Below are positions 13,427-22,633 of a stretch of 64,000 nucleotides of DNA, piece after piece. The first letter of the stretch is position 1. Each line of letters opens with the position of its first letter. Position numbers and translations under genes: made by a program. This stretch comes from an uncultured Chloroflexia bacterium (GTDB taxonomy: Bacteria; Chloroflexota; Limnocylindria; Limnocylindrales; CSP1-4), in NCBI GenBank assembly GCA_963707215.1, contig CAVPPB010000001.1, positions 640,001 through 704,000 on the forward strand, read 5' to 3'. The notes beneath the pieces are model-generated. The model had not been told where the DNA came from. It saw only the letters and a list, made by a program, of their open reading frames with translations, and ran no database searches.

Positions 13427-15214
13427 TCAGTCGCCGAGGACGGCTCGGCGGAGGATCGGGATCGGCGGGGTTCCGTGGGCCAGGAGCGTCTCGAGGTGCT
13501 CGCGATAGACGAAGCCCGGCGTCGCGCCGAGACCGCCGGGCAGGTCGCGCTCCACGACGACGGCGGCGCCGCGAGGATCGCCGCTGGCTTCGGCCAGCCG
13601 GCGACGCCGCTCGGCCTCGAGCTCCCAGAGCAGGAACGATCCGACGAAGTAGGTGACCAGCTGGGTCGAATCGAGCCTCGCCCTCTTGTACTTGTTGCGC
13701 GCTTCGGCCTCTTCCTGGAAGCCGCCACGGGTCATCAGGTCGACCGCCTCGTCCTCGCCCAGGCCGTCGACGTGGATCCGGATGTCGAGGATCGTGTTGA
13801 TGGCCGCCCGGAGGTAGTACTTCCAATGGACGAGCAGCAGCGCCGGATCGTCGGCCGCATACCCGAGGTCGATCATCACCTGGGTGACGTAGACCGCCCA
13901 GCCCTCGGCGAAGACGCCGCTGGAGAACGCCGCCCGGGCCAGCGACGAGTGGCGGTTCGAGTAGGCCAGCTGGAGGTAGTGGCCGGGGACCGCCTCGTGG
14001 ATCGTGAGGATCCGGAGCATCCGGTCGTTGTCTTCCCGGAGCCATGACTCGGCGCGCTCGGGGCTCCAGTCTTCAGGGATCGGGGTGATCGCGAAGAAGC
14101 TCTTCTGGCCACGGTCGAGCGGACCGGGCGGGATGAGCATGGCGCCCCCGAACGCACGGAGGAAGACGGGCGTCCAGCGGATGTCGAGCGGCTCGTCCGG
14201 CAGGCCCACGAGATCACGCTGGCGACAGAACGACTCGATCTGGGCCAGCTCGGCACGGCAGAAGTCGAGGAGACCGTCCGGGGCCTGATGCTGGAAGGCG
14301 ATGGCGTCTAGGACGTCGCGGACCGTCCGCTGGTCGGCGGCAGCCTGGGACCCCTCCGTCGCGGCGTCGGGGAGCGGCAGATCCGGGTGCCAGGCCGGCC
14401 AGAGGTCACTGGCGAGGCGGATCATCTCCGCGCGGATCGCCTCGAACTCGCGCTCGGCGCGCTCGAGGAGCCGGGCAGGCGTCAGGTCGGGATCCCGCAG
14501 CGTGTGCCGGAGCTTGCGGCCGAACAGCTCCGGTCCGAGCCGCCCCTCGCCGCTCGACGACGGGACGACGACGGTCCGGAGATGTCGCTCCAGGCGCTCC
14601 AGGCTGCTCGCCGCCCGCTCGGCCGCTGCCTCGAGCCGTGGGCCAAGAGCAGCGACATCCGGATCCCCCGGGTGGGCGGCGGCGATGGCGCGACCCTCGT
14701 CGAGGAGGTCGGCCACGCCGGGGAGCTGGTCGATGGCCGTCTCGGCGTGGAGCCGCGAGACGGGTCGGCCCGGCAGGCCGACGAGCTGCTCGACGGCTGC
14801 CTCGACGAGCGCCGGCATGCCATCCAGCCGGTCCGTGAACGACGCGAGCCGGACATGCACGGGCGCGAACTCGCGGCTGACGAGGGGGAAGAGCCCGTTG
14901 CCGAGGAGGTAGACCCAGGAGAGCGGGTCCCAGCGGTCCTGGCGGAGCTCGCCCTCGCTGAAGACGGCTGCCTCGAACTCGCCGACGAGCAGGTCGCGGT
15001 CGAGACGGTCGTCCGGGGCGAGGTCGTGGTCCCGACAGGCACGGAGCGCCTGGACGGCCCGGTCGTAGAAGGCGAGCCGGGCGGCCACGCCCGACTCGGT
15101 CATGTCGGGCCAGCGACCGTCGTGCTCGTGAAGCCCCACCTCGCTGGCATGGACCGGCTGGAGGGCGAAGTACTCGGCCAGCAGCCCGGGGACGAGGTCG
15201 GCGAAGTCGGACAC
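13427..15214 (-). CDS. DUF885 family protein (putative zinc metallopeptidase-like)
   Basis: HEAVPGHYLQ, FAEGWAVY, QLVTYFVG motifs. Confidence 0.88.
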   Translation of the reverse strand: MSDFADLVPGLLAEYFALQPVHASEVGLHEHDGRWPDMTESGVAARLAFYDRAVQALRACRDHDLAPDDRLDRDLLVGEFEAAVFSEGELRQDRWDPLSWVYLLGNGLFPLVSREFAPVHVRLASFTDRLDGMPALVEAAVEQLVGLPGRPVSRLHAETAIDQLPGVADLLDEGRAIAAAHPGDPDVAALGPRLEAAAERAASSLERLERHLRTVVVPSSSGEGRLGPELFGRKLRHTLRDPDLTPARLLERAEREFEAIRAEMIRLASDLWPAWHPDLPLPDAATEGSQAAADQRTVRDVLDAIAFQHQAPDGLLDFCRAELAQIESFCRQRDLVGLPDEPLDIRWTPVFLRAFGGAMLIPPGPLDRGQKSFFAITPIPEDWSPERAESWLREDNDRMLRILTIHEAVPGHYLQLAYSNRHSSLARAAFSSGVFAEGWAVYVTQVMIDLGYAADDPALLLVHWKYYLRAAINTILDIRIHVDGLGEDEAVDLMTRGGFQEEAEARNKYKRARLDSTQLVTYFVGSFLLWELEAERRRRLAEASGDPRGAAVVVERDLPGGLGATPGFVYREHLETLLAHGTPPIPILRRAVLGD

Positions 15215-15343
15215 GGCTGGCGCTCCCGGGTGCGATGGGGTCGCCGAGGAGTCTAGCCGGAGCGGCTACCATCAGGCAGTCCACGCCGGGTCGCGAGCGC
15301 CGCTGTGACGCTCGCTGGGCGAAAGCCGGGATCGGAGGGAGCC

Positions 15344-15727
15344 ATGGTCGGGTTCATCATCGGCGCCATCGTCGCCGGCATCGCCTTCCTGGTGACTGCC
15401 CAGGTCCTGCCCTCGATCACCGTCGGCGACGACATCCCGGCCCTGGCGGTCACGGTCGTCATCTTCGGTCTCGTCAACGCGCTCGTGAAGCCGGTCGTGA
15501 AGCTCCTGAGCCTGCCGCTCCAGTGGGCGACCCTGGGGCTCATCGGCCTCGTCATCAACGGCGGCCTGCTCCTGCTGACGGCCTGGATCGCAGGTCAGCT
15601 GGACAACGAGTTCGCCATCGCCGGCTTCCCGCCCGACCTCTCGGTCGAGGCTGTCGGGACCGCGATCGTCGGGGCGCTCATCATCAGCGTCGTGACGACG
15701 GTCGTCGGCCTGGTCGTCAAGGACTGA
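15344..15727 (+). CDS. YvlD/DUF360 4-TM membrane protein (phage holin superfamily IV annotation)
   Basis: GLVNALVKPVVKLLSLPLQWATLGLIGLVING; SD GGAGG upstream. Confidence 0.85.
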   Translation: MVGFIIGAIVAGIAFLVTAQVLPSITVGDDIPALAVTVVIFGLVNALVKPVVKLLSLPLQWATLGLIGLVINGGLLLLTAWIAGQLDNEFAIAGFPPDLSVEAVGTAIVGALIISVVTTVVGLVVKD

Positions 15728-15734
15728 GGCCGGG

Positions 15735-17021
15735 GTGCGGGAGGCCGATCGCCTCCCGGCCGTCGCGGACGCCCTCCGTCGGGCCGGCCGGCGCTGGGGC
15801 ACACCGCTCTACCTGACCGACGTGGCCACCCTGGCCCGGGACGCCGAGCGACTGGCGAACGCCTTTCCCGACCCCTGGATCCGCCAGTACTCGCTCAAGG
15901 CCAACGACGTGCCGGCGGTCGTCCGGGAGGTCCTCGGTCGCGGCTTCGGGGCGAACGTCGTCTCCCGCGGGGAGTGGGCCCTGGCCCGTCGGGCCGGGGC
16001 CCACGACGAGTCGATCACCCTCGAGGGGATCGGCAAGACGAACGCCGACCTCCGAGCCGCCGTCCGGTCGGCGGCCGACGGGCAGCCGCTGCGCTGGCTG
16101 GCGATCGAGTCGGCTGACGAGCTTGACGCCCTGGCCGGCATGGCCCGGACGGCCGGCCTGGGGCGGGCGGACCGACCCAGGCTCGACGTCCTCGTCCGCC
16201 TCAACCCGGCCGTCGCGCCGGAGACCCATCGCGGGCTGGCGGTCGGGGCCGCGAGTTCGAAATTCGGCCTCGCCGCCGACGAGCTGACGGCCGTCGTCGA
16301 GCGGGTCTCGGCGGCGGACGGCCTGCGCCCACGGGGGATCCACCTGCACGTGGGGTCCCAGCTGGGGGCGGTCGACGCCTGGCGTGACGGGGTCCGTCGG
16401 GCCCTGGCCGTCCTGGGCCTGCTCGCCGGGACGCTGCCATCCTTCGACACCCTCGATGTCGGAGGGGGCTTCCCGGTCCCCCCGGGCGACGCTGCCGGTC
16501 CCCCGCCGGGCCGCTTCGCCCGGGAGGTGGCGACGTTGCTCGAGGAGATGGCGGTCGACCGGCGTCCCCGGCGCCTGGCCGTAGAGCCAGGACGAGTCGT
16601 CGTCACCCGGGCCGGCTGGCTCGTCGCCACGGTCCTCCACGTCCGACAGCGGGCCGATCGGCAGGTCGTGATCGACACCGGGATGACCGAGCTCGTCCGG
16701 CCGGCCCTCTACGGCGCCGTCCACCCCGTCGTGGCCCTCACCTCGCTCGGTCGGACGGTGACAGCGTGGCCCCCCGACGGTCCCACGTCCGAGCCGACCC
16801 GCGTCGAGGGCCCCGTCTGCGAGTCGACCGACGCCCTGGGGACCCACTTGCTGCCACCGCTCCGTCGCGGCGACCTCGTCGCGATCCGCGACGCCGGTGC
16901 CTACGCCGCCTCGCAGGCGTCCGCCTACAACGGCCGGACCCGGCCACCGCAGGTCCTCCTCGACCCGGACGGGACCCTCCGGCTGGCTCGCCGTCGAGGG
17001 ACGCTGGCAAGCCTGGGCTGA
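15735..17021 (+). CDS. lysA: diaminopimelate decarboxylase
   Basis: YSLKAN (PLP lysine), SKFG, HLHVGSQ, DVGGGF, EPGR, RPALYGA, GPVCES, GAY...YNGR. Confidence 0.85.
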   Translation: MREADRLPAVADALRRAGRRWGTPLYLTDVATLARDAERLANAFPDPWIRQYSLKANDVPAVVREVLGRGFGANVVSRGEWALARRAGAHDESITLEGIGKTNADLRAAVRSAADGQPLRWLAIESADELDALAGMARTAGLGRADRPRLDVLVRLNPAVAPETHRGLAVGAASSKFGLAADELTAVVERVSAADGLRPRGIHLHVGSQLGAVDAWRDGVRRALAVLGLLAGTLPSFDTLDVGGGFPVPPGDAAGPPPGRFAREVATLLEEMAVDRRPRRLAVEPGRVVVTRAGWLVATVLHVRQRADRQVVIDTGMTELVRPALYGAVHPVVALTSLGRTVTAWPPDGPTSEPTRVEGPVCESTDALGTHLLPPLRRGDLVAIRDAGAYAASQASAYNGRTRPPQVLLDPDGTLRLARRRGTLASLG

Positions 17022-17117
17022 GGCGACCCGACCAGGATCGAGATCGCAGCTCGTCTCGATCAATCCGTGGCGACGGCCGGCCCCGCCTTGCGGCACGACA
17101 GGCGCTAGGCTGGTCCC

Positions 17118-18854
17118 ATGCGACGCGCTCACCCCGGGCGTCGGGATCGGCCCCGCGCACGGCGGATCCTGGCGCCCCTTCTCGGCCTCGGGCTCGGCCT
17201 CGGGCTCGCGCCCTTCGGCGCCGTCGCCGCCGGGCCACCGTTCCCCGATCCGGTCGAGGGCATCAGGGTCTACGACACGGCCGAGATCTGGTCGGTCGCG
17301 GCGAAGGAGGAGGCCCAGCGGATCAGCGACTCCATCGAGGAGCGGGTCGGCGCGCAGGTCGTCGCCTACAGCCAGCCGGTCGACTACGGGACCTCCTTCG
17401 ACGAGGCCCGGGCCCAGGCGGCGGCCCTGGGACACCAGTGGGGCGTCGGCCGCGCGGGCTTCGACGATGGCTACGTCATCCTCTTCGACATCGACCCGAG
17501 CGGGGTCCACGGCCAGGTAGCGATGGTCGCCGGAGACGGCTTCCGGGCGGCCTACTTGCCCGACGACCAGACCCAGCGGATCTTCGACGAGGAGGTCGTG
17601 CCGGAGCTCGTCGGCGGCCAGCCGGACTTCGACGCGGCGCTCCTGGCGGCGATGCGGGCGGTCGATGCCGCGGCGACACCCCAGGCGGCCGCGATGCTCC
17701 AGGCCGGCCGGATCGTCAACGCGGTCGTCGGCATCGTGGTGGCGCCACTCCTGGCGATCCTGCTCATCGGCGTCGCCGTCTTCCAGTGGCTCCGCTATGG
17801 ACGCGATCCCGAGTACCTCGACAGCCCATCGATCCTCTTGCCGGCACCGCCGGCTTCGCTCACCGCGGCCACCGGGGCTCTCGTCTACGACGGCCAGAGC
17901 TCCCGGCGGACACTCACGACTGCGCTGCTCGACCTGGCGAGCCGAGGGAAGCTCGCGTTCGAGGACCGGCCTGGCCTGCTGTCGCGCAAGGTCGCGGTGG
18001 TGACCGCGCCGGAGCCCCAGGGCGATCCTGTGGCCGAGGCCTGGCAACGGCTCGCCGACCGACGGCCGCTGTCCGACGCCGAGGCCTATGCGCTTCGGGA
18101 GCTTCGCGAGCTCGGTGGGACCGTGGAGGAGAACGAGCTGCTGAAGTTCGGGACCAAGGTCGGGGATTTCGACGAGCGCCTGGAGGCACATGCGGTCACC
18201 CAGGGCTGGTTCCGCGAGGCCCCGCGGGCAGCCCAGCGACGCTGGGCGGTGGTCGGCGGGCTGGAGCTCGGTGCCGCCGCAGGAGCCGGCGTCCTCGCCG
18301 TCGTCATCCCGATGAGCGGCCTCTTCCTCGTCGCCCTGGGGCTCGGTGTCGCCGGGATCGTCACCCTGATCCTCTCGCGCGCGATGCCGGCCAGGACCAT
18401 GGCGGGGGCGATGACCCGGGCGATGCTGGCGGCCTACCGACGGACCCTCCAGAAGACGATGGAGCAGGCCCGCTCGATGGGGGAGGTCGTCGAGCGGGCG
18501 GCGATGGAGTGGCTGGAGACCCCCGACCAGGCTCTCGTCTGGGGCGTCGCCCTGGGCCTCCAGGACCAGGTGGACGAGGTCCTGCGCCGCTCGGTCGAGG
18601 ACGTCGAGCGGGGCCGCGCCGATCCGGCGAGCACCTACGTGCCGGCCTGGTTCGGGCCGAGCGGTTCGGGTGGCCATGGCGGCTGGAGCGGGAGCTCCGG
18701 CTCGGTCTTCTCGGGCTCGGCCGTCCCGAGCGTCGGCGGCATGCTCGCCGTCCTCGGTTCGGTGGGCAACGCCCCGTCGTCATCGGGGGGTGGCGGCGGG
18801 GGCAGCTTCGGAGGCGGCGGCGGGTTCTCGGGAGGGGGCGGCGGCGGGTTCTAG
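17118..18854 (+). CDS. TPM-domain + DUF2207-like membrane protein
   Basis: Signal-like N-terminus, TPM-like WGVGRAGFDDG, TM helix then YGRDP, TALLDLASRG, Gly-rich GGGGF C-terminal tail. Confidence 0.75.
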   Translation: MRRAHPGRRDRPRARRILAPLLGLGLGLGLAPFGAVAAGPPFPDPVEGIRVYDTAEIWSVAAKEEAQRISDSIEERVGAQVVAYSQPVDYGTSFDEARAQAAALGHQWGVGRAGFDDGYVILFDIDPSGVHGQVAMVAGDGFRAAYLPDDQTQRIFDEEVVPELVGGQPDFDAALLAAMRAVDAAATPQAAAMLQAGRIVNAVVGIVVAPLLAILLIGVAVFQWLRYGRDPEYLDSPSILLPAPPASLTAATGALVYDGQSSRRTLTTALLDLASRGKLAFEDRPGLLSRKVAVVTAPEPQGDPVAEAWQRLADRRPLSDAEAYALRELRELGGTVEENELLKFGTKVGDFDERLEAHAVTQGWFREAPRAAQRRWAVVGGLELGAAAGAGVLAVVIPMSGLFLVALGLGVAGIVTLILSRAMPARTMAGAMTRAMLAAYRRTLQKTMEQARSMGEVVERAAMEWLETPDQALVWGVALGLQDQVDEVLRRSVEDVERGRADPASTYVPAWFGPSGSGGHGGWSGSSGSVFSGSAVPSVGGMLAVLGSVGNAPSSSGGGGGGSFGGGGGFSGGGGGGF

Positions 18855-18911
18855 CGCGCGATGCAGGGCCGCCGCGTCAGCCGGTCGGTCGCCCTCGGGT
18901 ACACTGCCGGC

Positions 18912-19244
18912 ATGGGAGCCGTCGATACGATGGAGCTGTTCTTCGAGCGCTTGAACGAAGGCGACCGCGAGGGCGCGGTCGCCCTCATGGACGAGGCGAC
19001 TGAGATGCGCGTCCACGTCGGCGACAGCGTCCAGACGCTCCGGGGCCTGGAGCGCGTCGGCGGCTGGTTCCTGCGCGGAGACACCGGCCTGAAGATGATC
19101 CCGGGCGAGGTCCGCGACCTCGGCAACACCTACCAGGCGGACGTCCTGGTCGTCCGCCCCGGGGCTCCGTCCCAGCACATCGATGCGTCGTTCCGCGTCG
19201 AGGCGGGCAAGATCACCTCGATCAACATCGCGCCACGGACCTGA
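18912..19244 (+). CDS. small NTF2/SnoaL-like protein
   Basis: FFERLNEGDREGAVALM...FRVEAGKITSI pattern; TACACT 6 nt upstream of the ATG. Confidence 0.6.
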   Translation: MGAVDTMELFFERLNEGDREGAVALMDEATEMRVHVGDSVQTLRGLERVGGWFLRGDTGLKMIPGEVRDLGNTYQADVLVVRPGAPSQHIDASFRVEAGKITSINIAPRT

Positions 19245-19312
19245 CCCGAGGACCCGCCCGGGTCGCTGTGCCCGCTGGGCCGCCCCTCGGCGAGGACGAG
19301 GGCTCTGCCCCG

Positions 19313-20524
19313 CTAGCCGGAGGGACTGGCGCCCGGGACTTCCCCGCCGGCACCGGCCGGGATGATCAGCGTCGCGCCGACCTGGAGCACGTCGGGATTC
19401 GGCACCGTCTCGGTGTTGGCCGCGATGAGCGCATCCAGCGACACCCCGAACTGGGCCGCGATCTTCGACATCGTGTCGCCTGACTTCACGACGTAGGTCA
19501 CCGGTGTGGGCGACGGGACGGGCGTCGGTTCGCGTGAGGGACTGGCCTCCGCCGACGCGGTCGGCGTCGGCGTCGCGGTCGCCTCGTCCCCACCCAGGCC
19601 AAGGAGCATCGGCGGGACGAAGAAGAGCGCGAGCGCCAGGGCGATGATCCCGGCGGCCGCCAGGATCAGCGGCGACCCGCCAGGCACCGAGAACCCGGTC
19701 CGGGTCCGCAGGGTCGGGTAGGCCTCGTCTCGTGGAGCTCGCTCCCATGAAGGGGCGCCGGGCTCGCCCTGGCTCCGCTGTCGGCTCCGGCCCGCGGCCG
19801 GCCCGAAGCGACGCGGCGCCTCGGCCGCGATGTCGGCCTCGGCCTCGGCCTCGTCGGCTGCCCAGGCGGCACCTGCCGCCGCACCCGCTCCGGCCGCCAC
19901 GCCTCCGCCGGCCGCGGCGTCCCGCTCCGTCGACGTCCGGGTCCGTGGTGGCGGTCCAGCGCTCGGCGTTCGGTCGCTGCCCGCCAGGAACGGTGGGGCC
20001 TCGGTCGCGTCGTACGGCGTGCCCGTCGACGGATCCGCTCCCGACGTGGCCGAGGCTCCGACCGAGCCACCGATGTCGGTATCGAGGTCGCGATCGCCTG
20101 CGCCGGTCGATGCCGTGCCGGCCCGGGCCGCGGCCGCCGGGGCGCTCGACAGCCAGGGAGGCGGGGCGGCCCAATCGCGATGGGAGGCCCGGCCGGGACT
20201 CCATTCCGGCTCGTCGGGCTCGTCGGGCTCGTCCGGCCCGGGTGGCGACGCGGGCGGCACGACCGACGTGCCGGCGAGCTCGGCGGGACTCGCCGGTCGG
20301 ACCCTGGCTGCCTCCCGAGCCGCCCAGTCGACGAACGTCGGGCAGGTCGCGAACCGCGCCGAGAGGCAGTAGGCCTCCTGGTGGGCGGCGGCCCTGGCCG
20401 CCGGCCGCACCTCGGCGAAGCAGCGGTGACGATGGTCCGGCCGATCCGCGCGATGGTCACGATCGTCGTCGAAGGCCACGAACGGGCAGGCGGTCGCCGC
20501 CTCGCGGACGTCTCGCTCGCTCAC
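19313..20524 (-). CDS. membrane-anchored LysM protein with N-terminal Cys-rich domain
   Basis: C-terminal YVVKSGDTMSKIAAQFGVSLDALIAAN...LQVGATLIIP, one TM helix, N-terminal CPF...C...C...CPTF. Confidence 0.85.
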   Translation of the reverse strand: MSERDVREAATACPFVAFDDDRDHRADRPDHRHRCFAEVRPAARAAAHQEAYCLSARFATCPTFVDWAAREAARVRPASPAELAGTSVVPPASPPGPDEPDEPDEPEWSPGRASHRDWAAPPPWLSSAPAAAARAGTASTGAGDRDLDTDIGGSVGASATSGADPSTGTPYDATEAPPFLAGSDRTPSAGPPPRTRTSTERDAAAGGGVAAGAGAAAGAAWAADEAEAEADIAAEAPRRFGPAAGRSRQRSQGEPGAPSWERAPRDEAYPTLRTRTGFSVPGGSPLILAAAGIIALALALFFVPPMLLGLGGDEATATPTPTASAEASPSREPTPVPSPTPVTYVVKSGDTMSKIAAQFGVSLDALIAANTETVPNPDVLQVGATLIIPAGAGGEVPGASPSG

Positions 20525-20617
20525 GGTGCCCGTCGCTCGCTCACGGCGCGATGATACCCGGCGCGGCGGACCTCGGGCCGCCCGAGCGCGGCTCCAGGCC
20601 CAGCCTCGGTGCCGCAG

Positions 20618-20646
20618 TTGACAGCCCGGATCGCCCTCTCGACACT
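20618..20646 (+). promoter_or_regulatory. sigma70-type promoter of sodN
   Basis: TTGACA-17 nt-GACACT. Confidence 0.5.
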
Positions 20647-20710
20647 TCTCCCATCGGCGATCGTCGGCCGTCCCTCCCGTGGCTACGCCCCGCACGCACG
20701 AAGGAGTCTC

Positions 20711-21142
20711 ATGTCAGTCCTCAGCCGGTTCCTGGCCCCCTCCACGGTCGCTCGAGCGCACTGCGACCTGCCCTGCGGCGTCTACGACCCCGAGCAGGCC
20801 CGCATCGAGGCCGAGTCGGTCTACCGGACGATCGAGAAGTACCACGCGTCCGAGGATGCCCAGTTCCGGACCCGGGCCATCCACATCAAGGAGGAGCGCG
20901 CCGACCTGGTGAAGCACCATCTCGACGTCCTCTGGCACGACTACTTCAAGCCCGAGCACCTGGAGCAGTACCCGGACCTGGGCGACGTCTTCTGGAAGGC
21001 CGCCAAGCAGGCCTCCAAGGTGAAGGGCTCGCTCGACCTCGACGACGCCCGGGCGTTGCTCGACTACATCGACCAGGTCGACGAGATGTGGAAGGGCACC
21101 GGCGGGCCCGGCAAGACCCGCCTGGCCGGCCGCCCCGGCTGA
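20711..21142 (+). CDS. sodN: nickel superoxide dismutase precursor
   Basis: Ni-hook HCDLPCGVYDP after a 16-aa leader; LWHDYFKP; SD AAGGAG. Confidence 0.96.
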   Translation: MSVLSRFLAPSTVARAHCDLPCGVYDPEQARIEAESVYRTIEKYHASEDAQFRTRAIHIKEERADLVKHHLDVLWHDYFKPEHLEQYPDLGDVFWKAAKQASKVKGSLDLDDARALLDYIDQVDEMWKGTGGPGKTRLAGRPG

Positions 21143-21156
21143 GCACCGGAGCACCG

Positions 21157-21747
21157 ATGCGCGACGAGAGGCCCCGCCCGACGGCGGGGCCTCGTCACGC
21201 GCCGACCGCAGGCGAGCGGCTCGGGACCTTCCTGCGCCGTCGGCTCCACGGCCTGGTCCTCGAGACGCTCTTCGCGGTCTCGGCCTTCACCGACCCCGCC
21301 TGGCGCAGGCGCCTGTGGGGGCCCTGGAGGGTGGCCGTGGCCGAGGCGTCGATGCTGCCGGCGCTGCGCCCAGGCGACTGGCTGCTCGTCGATCCCACGA
21401 CCCGGCGCTGGCCTCGGCGCGGTTCGCTGGTCGTGGTCACGGAGCCCCTCTCCGGGTCGCTCGCCGTGAAGCGGCTGGCCGGCCGGCCCGGAGACCGCGT
21501 CCCCTTCGCCGGCGGATATCTCGCCCTCGGCGACGACGAGGCCTGGCTCCTGTCCGACGCTGACGAGGCGGCCACGGCGGCAGCCGGCTTCGGCCCGCCC
21601 ATCGACTCGCGGAGGTACGGGCCGGTCTCGTTGGACCGCCTCGTCGGCCGGGTCTGGTTCCGCTATGGCCCACCTGGACGGATCGGACGCCCTACGGACC
21701 GGGCCCATGACCATCGGCCGGTGTGGCCGGAGGGTCCGCCGGCGTAG
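21157..21747 (+). CDS. sodX: Ni-SOD maturation protease (S26 family)
   Basis: SMLPALRPGDWLLVD, VKRL, DSRRYGPV; directly downstream of sodN. Start uncertain. Confidence 0.8.
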   Translation: MRDERPRPTAGPRHAPTAGERLGTFLRRRLHGLVLETLFAVSAFTDPAWRRRLWGPWRVAVAEASMLPALRPGDWLLVDPTTRRWPRRGSLVVVTEPLSGSLAVKRLAGRPGDRVPFAGGYLALGDDEAWLLSDADEAATAAAGFGPPIDSRRYGPVSLDRLVGRVWFRYGPPGRIGRPTDRAHDHRPVWPEGPPA

Positions 21748-21815
21748 GCTCGGCTCGCTGGGCCGGACGGAGCGCCGACCCGTGCCCGCACCGCTCGACC
21801 CCGGAGGTCCCCTCG

Positions 21816-22616
21816 ATGCACGACGTCCGATCCGGACCGGCCAGGATCCGTCGGCTGGTCCTGCCCGTCGCCATCACCCTTGCCCTCGCCGGTGCCGGGT
21901 GCTCCGGGGGGACCAGCCCCGGACCGACGGACGGGCCCGAGCCGACGCCCACCGCGGTACCAAGCCCTACGGCGACGCCGGATCCGAGCCCCAGCGCCGG
22001 GCCGGCAGCCTCCCCGGGTGCCACGCCGACCTCCGACGGTGGCGTCATCGGCAGCACCGGCACGGTCTCGGTGCCGGACGTCGGCCTGACCATCACCTTG
22101 CCGGACGGATGGCAGGCAGTGCCGCTCACGGCCGACGGCCTGGCGGCCATCCTCGACATCCTGCCCCCGGGTTCGCAGGTCGCCGAGATCCTGGGCCAGC
22201 AGGGCGGATCGCTGGCGCTGGCGGGAGTGCGCCTCTGGGCGCTCGACGTGGCTGCGGCGCAGCGCGGCGACCCGTTCGCGGCCAACCTCAACGTCATCGC
22301 CCAGCCCGCGCCAGAGGGCCTCACCGTCGAGCTGCTCGGGTCGCTCGCCGAGCTTCAGCTCCAGGGCCTGGATGGCACTTCGGACGTCGGGGTCGAGCCG
22401 ATCGACCTGCCGGCGGGTCCGGCGGTGCGGGCCACCTACCGACTCCAGCAGACGCTTGCCGACGGCACGACCGCCGACGTGGTCGGCCGCCAGTACTACC
22501 TGGTCGGTGGCGAGCAGCTGCTCATCCTGACCTGCAGCGGCGCCACGGCCGACGCGACGGCGCTGGAGGCTACCTTCGACGCGACCGCGCGCTCCATCGA
22601 CCTCGACGGGTCCTGA
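21816..22616 (+). CDS. hypothetical lipoprotein with Pro/Thr linker
   Basis: SD GGAGG, lipobox LAGAGC, ITLPDGW, PsbP/DUF1795-like C-terminus (FDATARSI). Confidence 0.7.
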   Translation: MHDVRSGPARIRRLVLPVAITLALAGAGCSGGTSPGPTDGPEPTPTAVPSPTATPDPSPSAGPAASPGATPTSDGGVIGSTGTVSVPDVGLTITLPDGWQAVPLTADGLAAILDILPPGSQVAEILGQQGGSLALAGVRLWALDVAAAQRGDPFAANLNVIAQPAPEGLTVELLGSLAELQLQGLDGTSDVGVEPIDLPAGPAVRATYRLQQTLADGTTADVVGRQYYLVGGEQLLILTCSGATADATALEATFDATARSIDLDGS

Positions 22617-22633
22617 CCCGGACCGCGGGGTCC

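Noticed and set aside
15344-15727. Phage holin suggesting a prophage
   Set aside because: YvlD-type membrane proteins are common chromosomal genes; no phage genes are nearby.
17036-17061. Hairpin GATCGAGA/TCTCGATC after lysA
   Set aside because: It may be a terminator but has no U-tract; support is too weak to call.
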